DNA of 39,697 bases, counting the filler, from Acidimicrobiia bacterium (lineage in GTDB: Bacteria > Actinomycetota > Acidimicrobiia > Spongiisociales > SHLN01): the NCBI GenBank assembly GCA_041619515.1. It is 13 parts of 13 records of this genome, joined end to end, with 100 filler letters (N's around TTAATTAATTAA, not from the genome) between each part and the next. Parts side by side here need not be neighbours in the genome. Positions count along the whole stretch, not along the records: positions 25,348 to 28,281 come from JBFKDW010000140.1; positions 28,382 to 30,852 come from JBFKDW010000142.1; positions 30,953 to 33,408 come from JBFKDW010000143.1; positions 33,509 to 35,732 come from JBFKDW010000144.1; 9 more parts are not named here. One strand, 5' to 3'. Numbering within the stretch: position 1 is the stretch's first letter; every line of letters starts with the position of its first letter. A program made the position numbers and the translations under genes. The notes under the pieces are model-generated. The model made no database searches and was not told the origin of the DNA. It saw only the letters and a list, made by a program, of their open reading frames with translations. This document shows, one piece after another, positions 26,278-34,871 of the stretch.

Positions 26278-28029
26278 CTAGGGGGAGACCATCCCCATCA
26301 CCTGCTGCTCCTCCGAGGAGCCGAAGGTATCTCGCACGGCGGCGAACCCGCGGCGGTCGGCGTCCCAGCGGCCGGTCCCCCACGCTGCCCGCCGCACGTC
26401 GCCGTAGACGTGGAAGTCGACGCCGGCATCGATGGACGCCTGCATGGCTTGCACCACGTCGGCCGCACCGATCTGGTGATAGTCGCACCAGCCGGCGTCG
26501 ATGCCCAGGTAGGGCGGCTCACCCTGTCCGGCGATGCCGTTGTGGCCGGCCACGAAGCTGCGCAGCAGGTTGGTATCGACCGGGCTGCAATGGCCGGATT
26601 GCATGAGGCCGAGCTGGTTCCACCACTCGGTGTGGAAGCGCCCGCCCCCTCCCGGGTTGTGGTAACCGACCCGCTGGTCGGCCCCCCCTACCTGGAGGCC
26701 GCGCGTGAGCTCGGCCCAGATCTCGGGGCTCTCCACGCTCTTGAAGTTGTCTCCACCCATGATCCACCACTCGATGGCGGGGTGGTCGCCCAGCTGATCG
26801 GCGACCTCCCGGCCGAACGCTCTGGCGTTGCCGGCGGTGAGGTCACCCTCGTTCACGTAGATGCTCGCCCAGGCGAGGACGATGCCCACTTTGATGTCGT
26901 GGGTGTGGGCGGCGTCCAGCATCCGCCGGAAGTCTGCGACGTATTCCGATCCGAGGCTGATGTTGGCGCCGCCGCCACCGGTCCCGACCGGATGGCCGTA
27001 GCGGTTGCGATGGGTGAACTTGGCGTCTTCCTGGGGGAGGAGTTGCACGAGCATCCCGGTCATACCCACCGATTTCAGGTGGGCGGCGTACTCGTCGACT
27101 TCCTCGACGGTGCCGTGGGCCGGTGCGAACCAGGCGGTGTCCCAGATCGGGATGGTGGTGGCCTTCCCAGCGGGGTCGTCCGGCGGAGCGGCCAGCTCGT
27201 CGGGCTGCTCCCCCTCCGGGGGCGGCGGCGGCTCGGACGGGGTCGAGACGGTGCTTGCCACCCCGCCGGTGGTGTCGAACTCACCGGACAGCGGGACGCC
27301 CGGGCGGGAGCCGACGTCGTAGAACACGGTGGCCTTCGGATTCGAGAAGGTTTCGCTCACCTCGAGGGTGCCGGTCTGGGGACGGTACACGCCGATGCGA
27401 TCCTGGCCGTCGCCGTCCCAGTCGCCGACGACGAGCGTGTCCCACGACGAGCCGAAGTAGGCCTCGATCGGGTTGCCTCCCGAATGGTTGCGGGCGATCC
27501 GGACGTACCCGTTCTTCGGATCACGCAGGCCGACCGTGTCGGTGCCGTCTCCGTCCCAGTCGCCTGCGAACGGGATGCCGTTCCCGAAACCGAAGTCGAA
27601 CTCGACCTGGCCGAAGCCCTGGGTGTTGGTGTTGCGAAGGTAGAACTTGCTCTCGGATGGTCGGAAGATGGCAATGGTGTCCACCCCGTCGCCGTCCCAG
27701 TCGCCGCATACCGGCCGGTCGCCGGGTATGCCGTAGTAGAACTCGTAGTCGGCCGAGCCGGTGCTGTTGCCGTCGTGGAGAAGCAGATAGCCACGGCTGT
27801 CCCGATAGACACCCACGGTGGCGATCCCGTCGCCGTTCCAGTCGCACAGGATTGGCAGGTCGCCCGGGGCCCCGTAGTAGAACGACGCCCCTTCCCCCAA
27901 CTCCCATCGCCCGTTCCCGGCATCGTAGAAGGCAAGATCGGCCCCCGACTGTGAGCGCGAGCCGGCGATGGCACCGGGGAGCGGGGTGAGGGCGGCCAGT
28001 ACGAACAGCGCGATCACGTAACGCTTCAT
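26278..28029 (-). CDS. Secreted protein with four GDWDGDG (FG-GAP/VCBS-like) repeats and a DUF4038 (apiosidase-like) glycoside hydrolase domain
   Basis: Signal peptide MKRYVIALFVLAAL; repeats DWNGDGIATVGVYR, GDWDGDGVDTIAIFR, GDWDGDGTDTVGLR, GDWDGDGQDRIGVYR; then WDTAW, WIMGGD, YHNPG, MQSGH, GEPPY. Confidence 0.8.
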   Translation of the reverse strand: MKRYVIALFVLAALTPLPGAIAGSRSQSGADLAFYDAGNGRWELGEGASFYYGAPGDLPILCDWNGDGIATVGVYRDSRGYLLLHDGNSTGSADYEFYYGIPGDRPVCGDWDGDGVDTIAIFRPSESKFYLRNTNTQGFGQVEFDFGFGNGIPFAGDWDGDGTDTVGLRDPKNGYVRIARNHSGGNPIEAYFGSSWDTLVVGDWDGDGQDRIGVYRPQTGTLEVSETFSNPKATVFYDVGSRPGVPLSGEFDTTGGVASTVSTPSEPPPPPEGEQPDELAAPPDDPAGKATTIPIWDTAWFAPAHGTVEEVDEYAAHLKSVGMTGMLVQLLPQEDAKFTHRNRYGHPVGTGGGGANISLGSEYVADFRRMLDAAHTHDIKVGIVLAWASIYVNEGDLTAGNARAFGREVADQLGDHPAIEWWIMGGDNFKSVESPEIWAELTRGLQVGGADQRVGYHNPGGGGRFHTEWWNQLGLMQSGHCSPVDTNLLRSFVAGHNGIAGQGEPPYLGIDAGWCDYHQIGAADVVQAMQASIDAGVDFHVYGDVRRAAWGTGRWDADRRGFAAVRDTFGSSEEQQVMGMVSP

Positions 28030-28168
28030 GGGTTCTCTCACAGTGGTGGGCGGGACGACTCCTGAGGAGATATCGCCCACAATGCGTGACACCTTGAGGG
28101 CGCAGCCGGGCACCCTCGAGGTGCTCGGGCCCAGGCGCCGGACCGACGGTCCCTCTAACCTGTCCCGC

Positions 28169-28281
28169 ATGCTCCTCATCAACATCGACCACATCGGCAT
28201 TGCCGTGCGGGACCTCGACGCCGCCCTCGATGAGTACCAGCGCCAGTACCGGGTGGAGCCCGTCCACCGGCAGGTGGTCGA
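28169..28281 (+). CDS. mce: Methylmalonyl-CoA epimerase (VOC), N-terminal fragment
   Basis: IDHIGIAVRDLDAA; divergent from a thiolase as in the conserved actinobacterial locus; -10 TAACCT 7 nt upstream. Confidence 0.75.
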
Positions 28282-28381
28282 NNNNNNNNNNNNNNNNNNN
28301 NNNNNNNNNNNNNNNNNNNNNNNNNTTAATTAATTAANNNNNNNNNNNNNNNNNNNNNNNNNNNNNNNNNNNNNNNNNNNN

Positions 28382-28903
28382 GCCGCCGCCACCACCACCA
28401 CCACCACCACCACCGTGGCGCCGGCGACAACCACGACGACGACCGACGTCGAGGGAGCGGGCGACGGCAACACGGCCGACACGCTCGTCCAGCTCCCGTT
28501 CACCGGCTCCGAACCGGAGGTGACCCTGGTGGCGCTCGCCGCGCTGCTGCTGGGCTTTTGGCTGGTGCAGCGATCCGGGAACTGGCAGCTGCGATTGGCG
28601 CGGCGCCGGGCCCGGTGGTGGAGGCGTCCCGGCGCGCAGTCCGCCGACCCCGGCCTCCGGCCACCGTGGCCCCCGAACGCCCTCGCCCCGGCTACCGATG
28701 CAGATCGCCGCTTCCGGCACCTGGCGCGCACCCTGGCCGATCGCTACGGCGTCAGCTTCCTCGACGGGGTTGATGCCTACGCCACGCGGTGGGCGCAGAC
28801 CCTCGATCTGGCCGGTGCCGCCGACGAGGGCACCGGGGACCCCATCGCCCGCTGGCAGGCCGCGCTGGCAGCGGCATTGACGGAGATCTACGGAGACGGG
28901 TAG
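28382..28903 (+). CDS. Surface protein C-terminus with Thr-rich linker and LPxTG-like sorting signal (5' partial)
   Basis: Poly-Thr linker, LPFTG, hydrophobic helix, RLARRRARWWRR, then a further ~80-aa tail. Confidence 0.7.
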   Translation, partial: AAATTTTTTTTVAPATTTTTTDVEGAGDGNTADTLVQLPFTGSEPEVTLVALAALLLGFWLVQRSGNWQLRLARRRARWWRRPGAQSADPGLRPPWPPNALAPATDADRRFRHLARTLADRYGVSFLDGVDAYATRWAQTLDLAGAADEGTGDPIARWQAALAAALTEIYGDG

Positions 28904-28942
28904 CTTGAGCGGCGCGTCACCGGAACCGAGAAGGAGACGGGC

Positions 28943-29320
28943 GTGGCGTCAGATCCCATGAGCATCCTCACGTTCGTTCCGGCCCGCGATTTCGAGCTGT
29001 CTGCCCGTTTCTACGAGGCGCTCGGTTTCGTCCCGGGGGATGCCGATCCCGACGTCCGCTACTACGGACGGGGCGGCAGCGGCTTCCTGCTTCAGAACTT
29101 CTACGTGAAGGCCTGGGCGAACAACTTCATGATGGCGATGCATGTGCCCGACCTGGACGCCTGGTGGGCCGAGGTCGAGGCACTCGTCGACTCGGGCGAA
29201 TTCCCGGGCGTGCGGGCGAAGGCCCCCCGGCTGGAAGATTGGGGTATGCGAGTCATGTACCTCTGGGACCCCTCGGGCGTCCTCTGGCACATAACGGCTC
29301 AACCCGAGGAGGAGGCTTAG
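28943..29320 (+). CDS. VOC/glyoxalase-family protein
   Basis: FVPARDFELSARFYEALGF, FLLQNFYVKAWANNFMM, WGMRVMYLWDPSGVLWHI. SD AAGGAG. Confidence 0.9.
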   Translation: MASDPMSILTFVPARDFELSARFYEALGFVPGDADPDVRYYGRGGSGFLLQNFYVKAWANNFMMAMHVPDLDAWWAEVEALVDSGEFPGVRAKAPRLEDWGMRVMYLWDPSGVLWHITAQPEEEA

Positions 29321-29323
29321 CGA

Positions 29324-30628
29324 TCAACCCCCGACGGTGAGGCCGTGTTTTGGTCGGGGAGCAAGTGCGGCCGGATCGGCCCCCGCTTCGTACTCTGCCC
29401 AGGTCAGCGGTCGAAACTCGGTGGGCTGCTCGACCATCGCTATGCACCCGTCCACCGGGCACACCAGGCTGCACAGGTTGCATCCGACGCAGTCGTCGTA
29501 CTTGATCCACACGTCGGTGCGCCCCTCCTCCGACCGCCGGGCACCGATGGCCTGATGCGCGCCGTCGTGGCAGGCGATGTAGCACAGGGCACATCCGATG
29601 CATTTCTCCTGGTCGATCTCTGCCTTGATGATGTAGTTGAGATCGAGATGCTGCCAATCGGTCACCCGGTCGACGCTGAGGCCCCGTAGCTCGCCGACGC
29701 CGGCCAGCTGCTTGCGGTCGAGGTAGTTGCCCAACCCCTCGACCATCCCCTCCACGATTCGGAACCCGTAGTGCATCACGGCAGTACACACCTGGACATT
29801 GGTGGCGCCGAGCAGGATGAACTCGGCGGTATCCCGCCACGTGGCCACCCCGCCGATCCCGCTGATTGGCACCCCGGCGGTCTCGGGATCTGCGGCGATG
29901 GCCGAGACCATGTTGAGTGCGATGGGTTTCACGGCCGGTCCGCAATAGCCGCCGTGGCTCGATTGACCGCCCACCATGGGCCGGGGCGTGAAGGTTTCCA
30001 GGTCGACACCGGTGATGCTGTTGAGGGTGTTTATGAGGCTGATGGCGTCGGCACCCCCCGCCCGCGCCGCTCTGGCGGCGGTTCGGATATCGGTGATGTT
30101 GGGCGTGAGCTTCACGATGACCGGCGTCTCGGCTACCTCCTTGGCCCATTCGGTTATGCGGGAGCAGTATTCGGGCACCTGGCCGATGGCGCTGCCCATG
30201 CCCCGCTCCGACATCCCGTGGGGGCACCCGAAGTTGAGCTCCACCCCGTCGGCACCGGTGTCTTCGATCTGCTTGACGATCCGGTGCCACGCCTCGCGAG
30301 TGGATTCCACCATGGCACTGACTACCAGCGCGTGGTCCGGATAGCTCTGCTTGACCTGGCGGATCTCGGCGAGGTTCAACTCGAGCGAGCGGTCGCTGAT
30401 GAGCTCGATGTTGTTGAGGCCCATCATCCGATGCCCGTCGAGGTCGACTGAGCTGTAGCGCGACCAGGTGTTCTCAATCGGCTCGCCGATCGTCTTCCAC
30501 ACGGCTCCGCCCCACCCGGCCTCGAATGCGCGGGCGACCTGGTCGCCGGTGTTGGAAGGCGGGCCCGAGGCCAGCCAGAACGGGTTGGGGGATGTGATCC
30601 CGGCCAGGCTGGCGGTGAGATCGGCCAT
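29324..30628 (-). CDS. preA: NAD-dependent dihydropyrimidine dehydrogenase subunit PreA
   Basis: NPFWLASGPP, GWGGAVWKT, LNNIELI, ELNFGCPHGMSERGMGS, KLTPNITD, GGYCGPAVKPIAL, two C-terminal 4Fe-4S motifs. Confidence 0.96.
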   Translation of the reverse strand: MADLTASLAGITSPNPFWLASGPPSNTGDQVARAFEAGWGGAVWKTIGEPIENTWSRYSSVDLDGHRMMGLNNIELISDRSLELNLAEIRQVKQSYPDHALVVSAMVESTREAWHRIVKQIEDTGADGVELNFGCPHGMSERGMGSAIGQVPEYCSRITEWAKEVAETPVIVKLTPNITDIRTAARAARAGGADAISLINTLNSITGVDLETFTPRPMVGGQSSHGGYCGPAVKPIALNMVSAIAADPETAGVPISGIGGVATWRDTAEFILLGATNVQVCTAVMHYGFRIVEGMVEGLGNYLDRKQLAGVGELRGLSVDRVTDWQHLDLNYIIKAEIDQEKCIGCALCYIACHDGAHQAIGARRSEEGRTDVWIKYDDCVGCNLCSLVCPVDGCIAMVEQPTEFRPLTWAEYEAGADPAALAPRPKHGLTVGG

Positions 30629-30629
30629 C

Positions 30630-30851
30630 TCAGTTCCTTCCTGTCGGCGATGAGACGGCACGCAGCGTCGCATCGATATCTCTCGCGGCCTGTTTGCCGT
30701 GCTCGACGGCGTTCACGACCTCTTTGCCGCCGTTCACGCAATCGCCCCCCGCCCAGATTCGGGCATGTCCGGTGTGGTAACCATCGTCGACCACGACCCG
30801 CCCGCCGGAATCGAGCTGAATGCCCGGGATTGATTCATAGAACGACCTGTA
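30630..30851 (-). CDS. preT: Dihydropyrimidine dehydrogenase subunit PreT, C-terminal fragment
   Basis: IWAGGDCVNGGKEVVNAVEHGKQAARDID; stop 1 nt before the preA start. Confidence 0.85.
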   Translation of the reverse strand, partial: YRSFYESIPGIQLDSGGRVVVDDGYHTGHARIWAGGDCVNGGKEVVNAVEHGKQAARDIDATLRAVSSPTGRN

Positions 30852-31017
30852 CNNNNNNNNNNNNNNNNNNNNNNNNNNNNNNNNNNNNNNNNNNNNTTAA
30901 TTAATTAANNNNNNNNNNNNNNNNNNNNNNNNNNNNNNNNNNNNNNNNNNNNGATCTCGGGTCCACCCTCCCGGCAAGTGCGTGCCACCCCTGTCGTCTG
31001 AGCGAGGAGGGATGGCG

Positions 31018-31230
31018 ATGTCCATCGTAGGAAGCAACCCCGATGCGGTGGTTGGAGGTGTCGACACCCACGCCGACGTGCACGTCGCCGCAGCGGTGAA
31101 CCACGTCGGCGGCGTGGTGGGATTGGAGGCGTTCCCGACTACTCGAACTGGCTACCGCCAGTTGGTGTCGTGGCTGCGGTCGCATGGCGAGCTGATGCTG
31201 GTTGGGGTAGAGGGCACCGGCTCCTGTGGC
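31018..31230 (+). pseudogene. Truncated IS110-family transposase (N-terminal DEDD part only)
   Basis: GGVDTHADVHVAA...FPTTRTGY...VGVEGTGS, after which homology is lost. An IS110-right-end-like TTGACATCCCTACGAGATTC follows at 31331-31350. Confidence 0.8.
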
Positions 31231-31544
31231 TCATCCCTGTCGTGTCCACCCAAGCCCACCCCGGAAGCCAAGCCGGCGAATCCCGTCCGGCCGACCCAGC
31301 ACGCCCACAAACCCACCTCCGAGAAACCACTTGACATCCCTACGAGATTCAGACTGCACGGGCTTGCACTCAAGCAAGGCGCGGTGGCGTCGCGCTCCGA
31401 ACGCGCGGCGACGCGGCGCGGCCGATCAGGTTGCAAGGGAGCGCGCGTGAAGTGATGGGATGAACGGGCGGGGCCTCCCCGCTCATCGGTGACCCGGCAA
31501 CATCCGGGTTGCTCATCTCACCAGTGTGAGAAAGGAGGCCCGAG

Positions 31545-32563
31545 ATGAGAGCTTACGTGGGTGTGGATTTGCATCGCCGCCGGTCGGTGGTGGTGTGCAT
31601 CGATGAGGACGGGGAGCGTCGGTGGTGGCGGCGGATTGACAACACGGCGGCGGAGTTGGCGGGAGCGGTCGCGGCGGCCGGTCCGGATCCGGAGGTGGTC
31701 CTGGAGGCGACGTTCGGCTGGTACTGGGCGGCGGATGTGATCGCCGAGGCGGGTGGCCGGGTGCATCTGGCGCATCCGTTGGGGATCAAGGGCTTCGAGA
31801 ACCGGCGGGTGAAGAACGACCTGCGGGACGCCACGCTGTTGGCGGACTTGCTGCGGATGGGGAGGCTGCCGGAGTCGTGGATCCCGCCGCATTCAATCCG
31901 GGAGCTGCGGGAGTTGGTGCGGTACCGGCACAAGCTGGGGCAACTGCGGTCGGGGTTGAAGTCCCAGATCCATGGCGTGTTGGGCAAGGAGGCGTGATCC
32001 CGCCGCTCAAGCACCTGTGGGGCCCAGGCGGGTTCGCGTTCCTCAACGAGGTCGAGTTGGGGGAGGCGTATACGGTGCGGATCGAGTCGCTGCGGGACCT
32101 GATCGAGGTCTACGACCGTGAGATCACCGAAGTGGATCGGTTGGTCCATTCCAAGTTGCGCAACGACGCCGGCTACCGGGCGATTCAGCAGCTCACCGGC
32201 GTGGGCAGGGTGTTCGCTGGGGTGTTCTGCGCCGAGATCGGCGACGTCACCCGCTTCTCCCACGCCAACAAGCTGTGCTGCTGGGCGGGGCTGACCCCGC
32301 GGCTGCGGGAGTCGGACACCAAGACCAGGCAAGGCGCCATCACCAAACAGGGCTCCAAGCTCGTGCGGTGGGCCGCGATCGAAGCGGTCGCCCGTTACCG
32401 GGGCGGCGTCCCGATCCGAGACACCTACCGGCGAGTGGCGGAGCGGCGCGGGGTCAACCGGGCCAAGGTGGCCGCCGCCCGCAAGCTCCTGACCTTGGTG
32501 TTCTACGGACTCCGAGACGGCGAGATCCGCTGCCTCGCCCCCACCGAGGAGGCGGCAGCGTGA
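31545..32563 (+). pseudogene. IS110 recombinase with a single frameshift near 31990
   Basis: GVDLH/LEAT/KNDLRDA in one frame up to LGKE; continues GVIPPL...LRESD...AAARKLL in another frame, as if one G is missing from GAGG(G)C. Confidence 0.9.
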
Positions 32564-32567
32564 GGGT

Positions 32568-32725
32568 CGGGCACGGTCCGGCTGCGAGCTCGACGAACGA
32601 CATGACCCCCACTATCGGCGGCGGGTCGACGTAAGTGATCGAGCCCAGCCCGGCCGTGGCCGCACCGCTTCATGCCCACCACCCTGTCGTGCGTGGCGAA
32701 GGGATGACCAGGCGACCGACCCCTC
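32568..32725 (+). ncRNA. Candidate bridge/seek RNA in the IS110 right end
   Basis: Stem 32568-32584 / 32646-32662 encloses an internal loop, followed by a second loop. Same layout as 33700-33858 with compensatory changes. Ends approximate. Confidence 0.65.
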
Positions 32726-33006
32726 GGCTCGCCGCACCCCACTTCGGGGTCCCTGAACCAGCCAACCCGTACCCCATCGCCTCTCGAGGAGAACCCGCCA
32801 CCAACTGACATCCCACCCGATAGATCAGACACGGCCGGTCGGCCCCGGTCGTGATTCGCCGCGTCCTCACCAACCCGAAGACGCGAAAACCTCGCCTAAT
32901 CGCCCCTTGACAAACCGGACCCGTTCAGGGAAGCCGTGATGGGCGGTTCGCTGCTCCGCTCGTTGTGGCGCATAGTGGATGATCTGCGTGTTCGTTCGGT
33001 GGGTAA

Positions 33007-33186
33007 CGGTCGCCGACCGGGCCGTACTCGGGCCGGAGGGGCAAGCCCGCGGATCTGGCGATCGCCGGAGCGGCAGAAGCCGCCGGGTTCTCCGTGCTCC
33101 ATTACGACAGCGATTGCGTCCGCATCACCGCCGTGATCAACCCACCCAACTCGGCTCGGGGGGATGGCGCCGACGCAGTACGCTGA
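33007..33186 (+). pseudogene. Degenerate VapC/PIN toxin remnant
   Basis: KPADLAIAGAAEAAGFSVLHYDSDCVRI matches the VapC C-terminal motif. In-frame stop at 33004 and no start codon. Confidence 0.6.
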
Positions 33187-33196
33187 GGCAGGAACC

Positions 33197-33406
33197 TCAG
33201 ACCGCGTACGACACGAGAATGGCGACCGTCACGAGGATGATCACGGCTATGAACGCGATCTCACTCGTACGATCCCGACGGCCACTCAACTGGTAGGCGA
33301 GGAAGATCCACAGCGCTGCGAACTGGCTGACGAAGTCCAGTTCCACCTCGAGCACGTTCTTCGCCACAACCGCAGCGACGAGCAGACACGCTGCGGCGAC
33401 GAGCGC
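33197..33406 (-). CDS. Small membrane protein (5' partial)
   Basis: Open from the gap with three hydrophobic segments (ALVAAACLLVAAVVA...FAALWIFLAY...IAFIAVIILVTVAILVSYAV). Confidence 0.6.
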   Translation of the reverse strand, partial: ALVAAACLLVAAVVAKNVLEVELDFVSQFAALWIFLAYQLSGRRDRTSEIAFIAVIILVTVAILVSYAV

Positions 33407-33699
33407 GANNNNNNNNNNNNNNNNNNNNNNNNNNNNNNNNNNNNNNNNNNNNTTAATTAATTAANNNNNNNNNNNNNNNNNNNNNNNNNNNNNNNNNNNN
33501 NNNNNNNNATGATGCATTCCTGTAGGAGTGGTTCCTGTCAAGACCCAATTTCGGGTTTCTGGTAGGGCATCGGAGGGGATCGGGGCGCGCGCGGCTGGCT
33601 CCGAGCGGGACGCGGGAGCCGGCGACGATCAGGTTGTCAGGTCAGGTGCGGTGGGCTCTCCCTGGTTGGTTCGGACGTGGTGGTGTTCTCCGTGTGATG

Positions 33700-33858
33700 A
33701 GTTGGTTCAGGCTGACCGGGGTTCGGTGCCGTGCATTCCTTCGCCCCGCACGGGTGGTGGGGGCATGGAGTGATCCGGCCGTGACCGACAGGACACCATC
33801 AACTGTGCGACCGCCGGTGGGGTCAGCATCATTCGCGTGCCGCTGCCGGTCACGTCCG
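33700..33858 (-). ncRNA. Candidate bridge RNA with target- and donor-matching loops
   Basis: Stem 33843-33858 / 33776-33791 (15/16 pairs). Loop segments match the element's flanks and end: 33796-33807 = 34973-34984; 33826-33832 = rc of 33509-33515; 33732-33740 = 33513-33521. Ends approximate. Confidence 0.8.
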
Positions 33859-33863
33859 AAACC

Positions 33864-34871
33864 TCAGGCCGCTTGCTCGAGGCGGCGGATATGGTGATCC
33901 CGCAGGCCGTAGAACACCAAGGTGAGCATCTTGCGGGCGATGGCCACCCGGGCGATCTTGCGGCCCCGTCGTTCGGCGATCCGTTGGAAGTCGGCGGCGT
34001 AGATGTGGTCACCCCTGGCCCGCATGGCGGCCTCGACGGCAGCCCACCGCAGGAGACGGGATCCCTGCTTGGTGATGTGGCCCCGCACCACGGTGGTGTC
34101 CGATTCCCGGTGGCTGGGTGTCAGCCCAGCCCACGAGCTCAGCTGTTCAGGACGGTCGAAGCGGCTCACGTCGCCGATCTCGGCGATGAACACCGCCGCC
34201 AGCACCCTCCCGACACCGGGGATGCGGCGGATAGCGTCATAGCCGGGATGGCCCACCACGGTGCGGTGGATGTGCCGATCGAATGTCTCGATCTCGGCGT
34301 CGAGCGCCGCCACGGACCGCCGCAGCGAGTCGACCCGCAGCCGGTACGCCCCGGCGAGCTCGAGGTCATCGAGCATCTGGTTGCCGGAGACGCCGAACAG
34401 GTCGTTCATCGTGACCGACACCCCGAGCTTGGCCAACACCGAATGCACCTGCGCCTTGCACGACGTCCGATGCGACACCAGCTTGGCCCGGTACCGCACC
34501 AGCTCCCGCAGCTCCCTCGTCGCCGGCGGCGCGATCCACGCTTCCGGCAGCCGACCCAGCCGCAACAGATCGGCCAGGTCCCGGGCGTCGAGGCGGTCGT
34601 CTTTGCGACGCCGGTTCCCCCACGCCAGCCCAAGCGGGTGAGCGAGATGCACGTCGAAGCCTTCGGCCTGCAGCAAGTCGACGGCCCAGTACCAGCCGTA
34701 GGTCGCTTCCAACACGACCCGAGCTCGGGGACCCGCCTTCCTCACCTCGTCGATGAAGACCTCCGGGTCGTTGGCGATCCTGACCTCCGACACCACCTCC
34801 CCGGCGGCGTCCATCCGGACGATCACCGACCTGCGTCGATGCAGATCGATACCCACGTACGATTCGGCCAT
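33864..34871 (-). CDS. IS110-family DEDD recombinase (transposase)
   Basis: GIDLH, LEATYG, KDDRLDA, LRELVRYR, IPGVG, HRESD, VAIARKML; intact. Confidence 0.97.
   Translation of the reverse strand: MAESYVGIDLHRRRSVIVRMDAAGEVVSEVRIANDPEVFIDEVRKAGPRARVVLEATYGWYWAVDLLQAEGFDVHLAHPLGLAWGNRRRKDDRLDARDLADLLRLGRLPEAWIAPPATRELRELVRYRAKLVSHRTSCKAQVHSVLAKLGVSVTMNDLFGVSGNQMLDDLELAGAYRLRVDSLRRSVAALDAEIETFDRHIHRTVVGHPGYDAIRRIPGVGRVLAAVFIAEIGDVSRFDRPEQLSSWAGLTPSHRESDTTVVRGHITKQGSRLLRWAAVEAAMRARGDHIYAADFQRIAERRGRKIARVAIARKMLTLVFYGLRDHHIRRLEQAA

Larger units (their letters stand above)
31453..32933 (+). mobile_element. IS110-family element with IS1111-like architecture (sub-terminal IRs, long right end)
   Basis: Left end TGATGGGA + STIR TGAACGGG (31461-31468); right STIR CCCGTTCA (32920-32927); TTGACA at 32907-32912; 370-nt non-coding right end. 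Confidence 0.85.

Noticed and set aside
25357..27954. 865-aa plus-strand ORF and other long ORFs such as 55-1218, 7859-9184, 8893-10434, 23849-25102 and 33837-35219
   Set aside because: Antisense shadows of well-supported genes; expected in high-GC DNA and lacking recognisable motifs.
32653..32675. GCCGTG and GCTTCATGC as antisense target guides for the 31453 element
   Set aside because: GCCGTG lies in a conserved stem and the CATG segment is shared with the sister element that has a different target; likely chance matches.
31449..32933. GAAG direct repeat as a target-site duplication of the IS110
   Set aside because: IS110 elements do not make TSDs. Comparison with the sister element, the donor guide and the 17-nt promoter spacing favour a TG core; GAAG may be coincidental, though not excluded.
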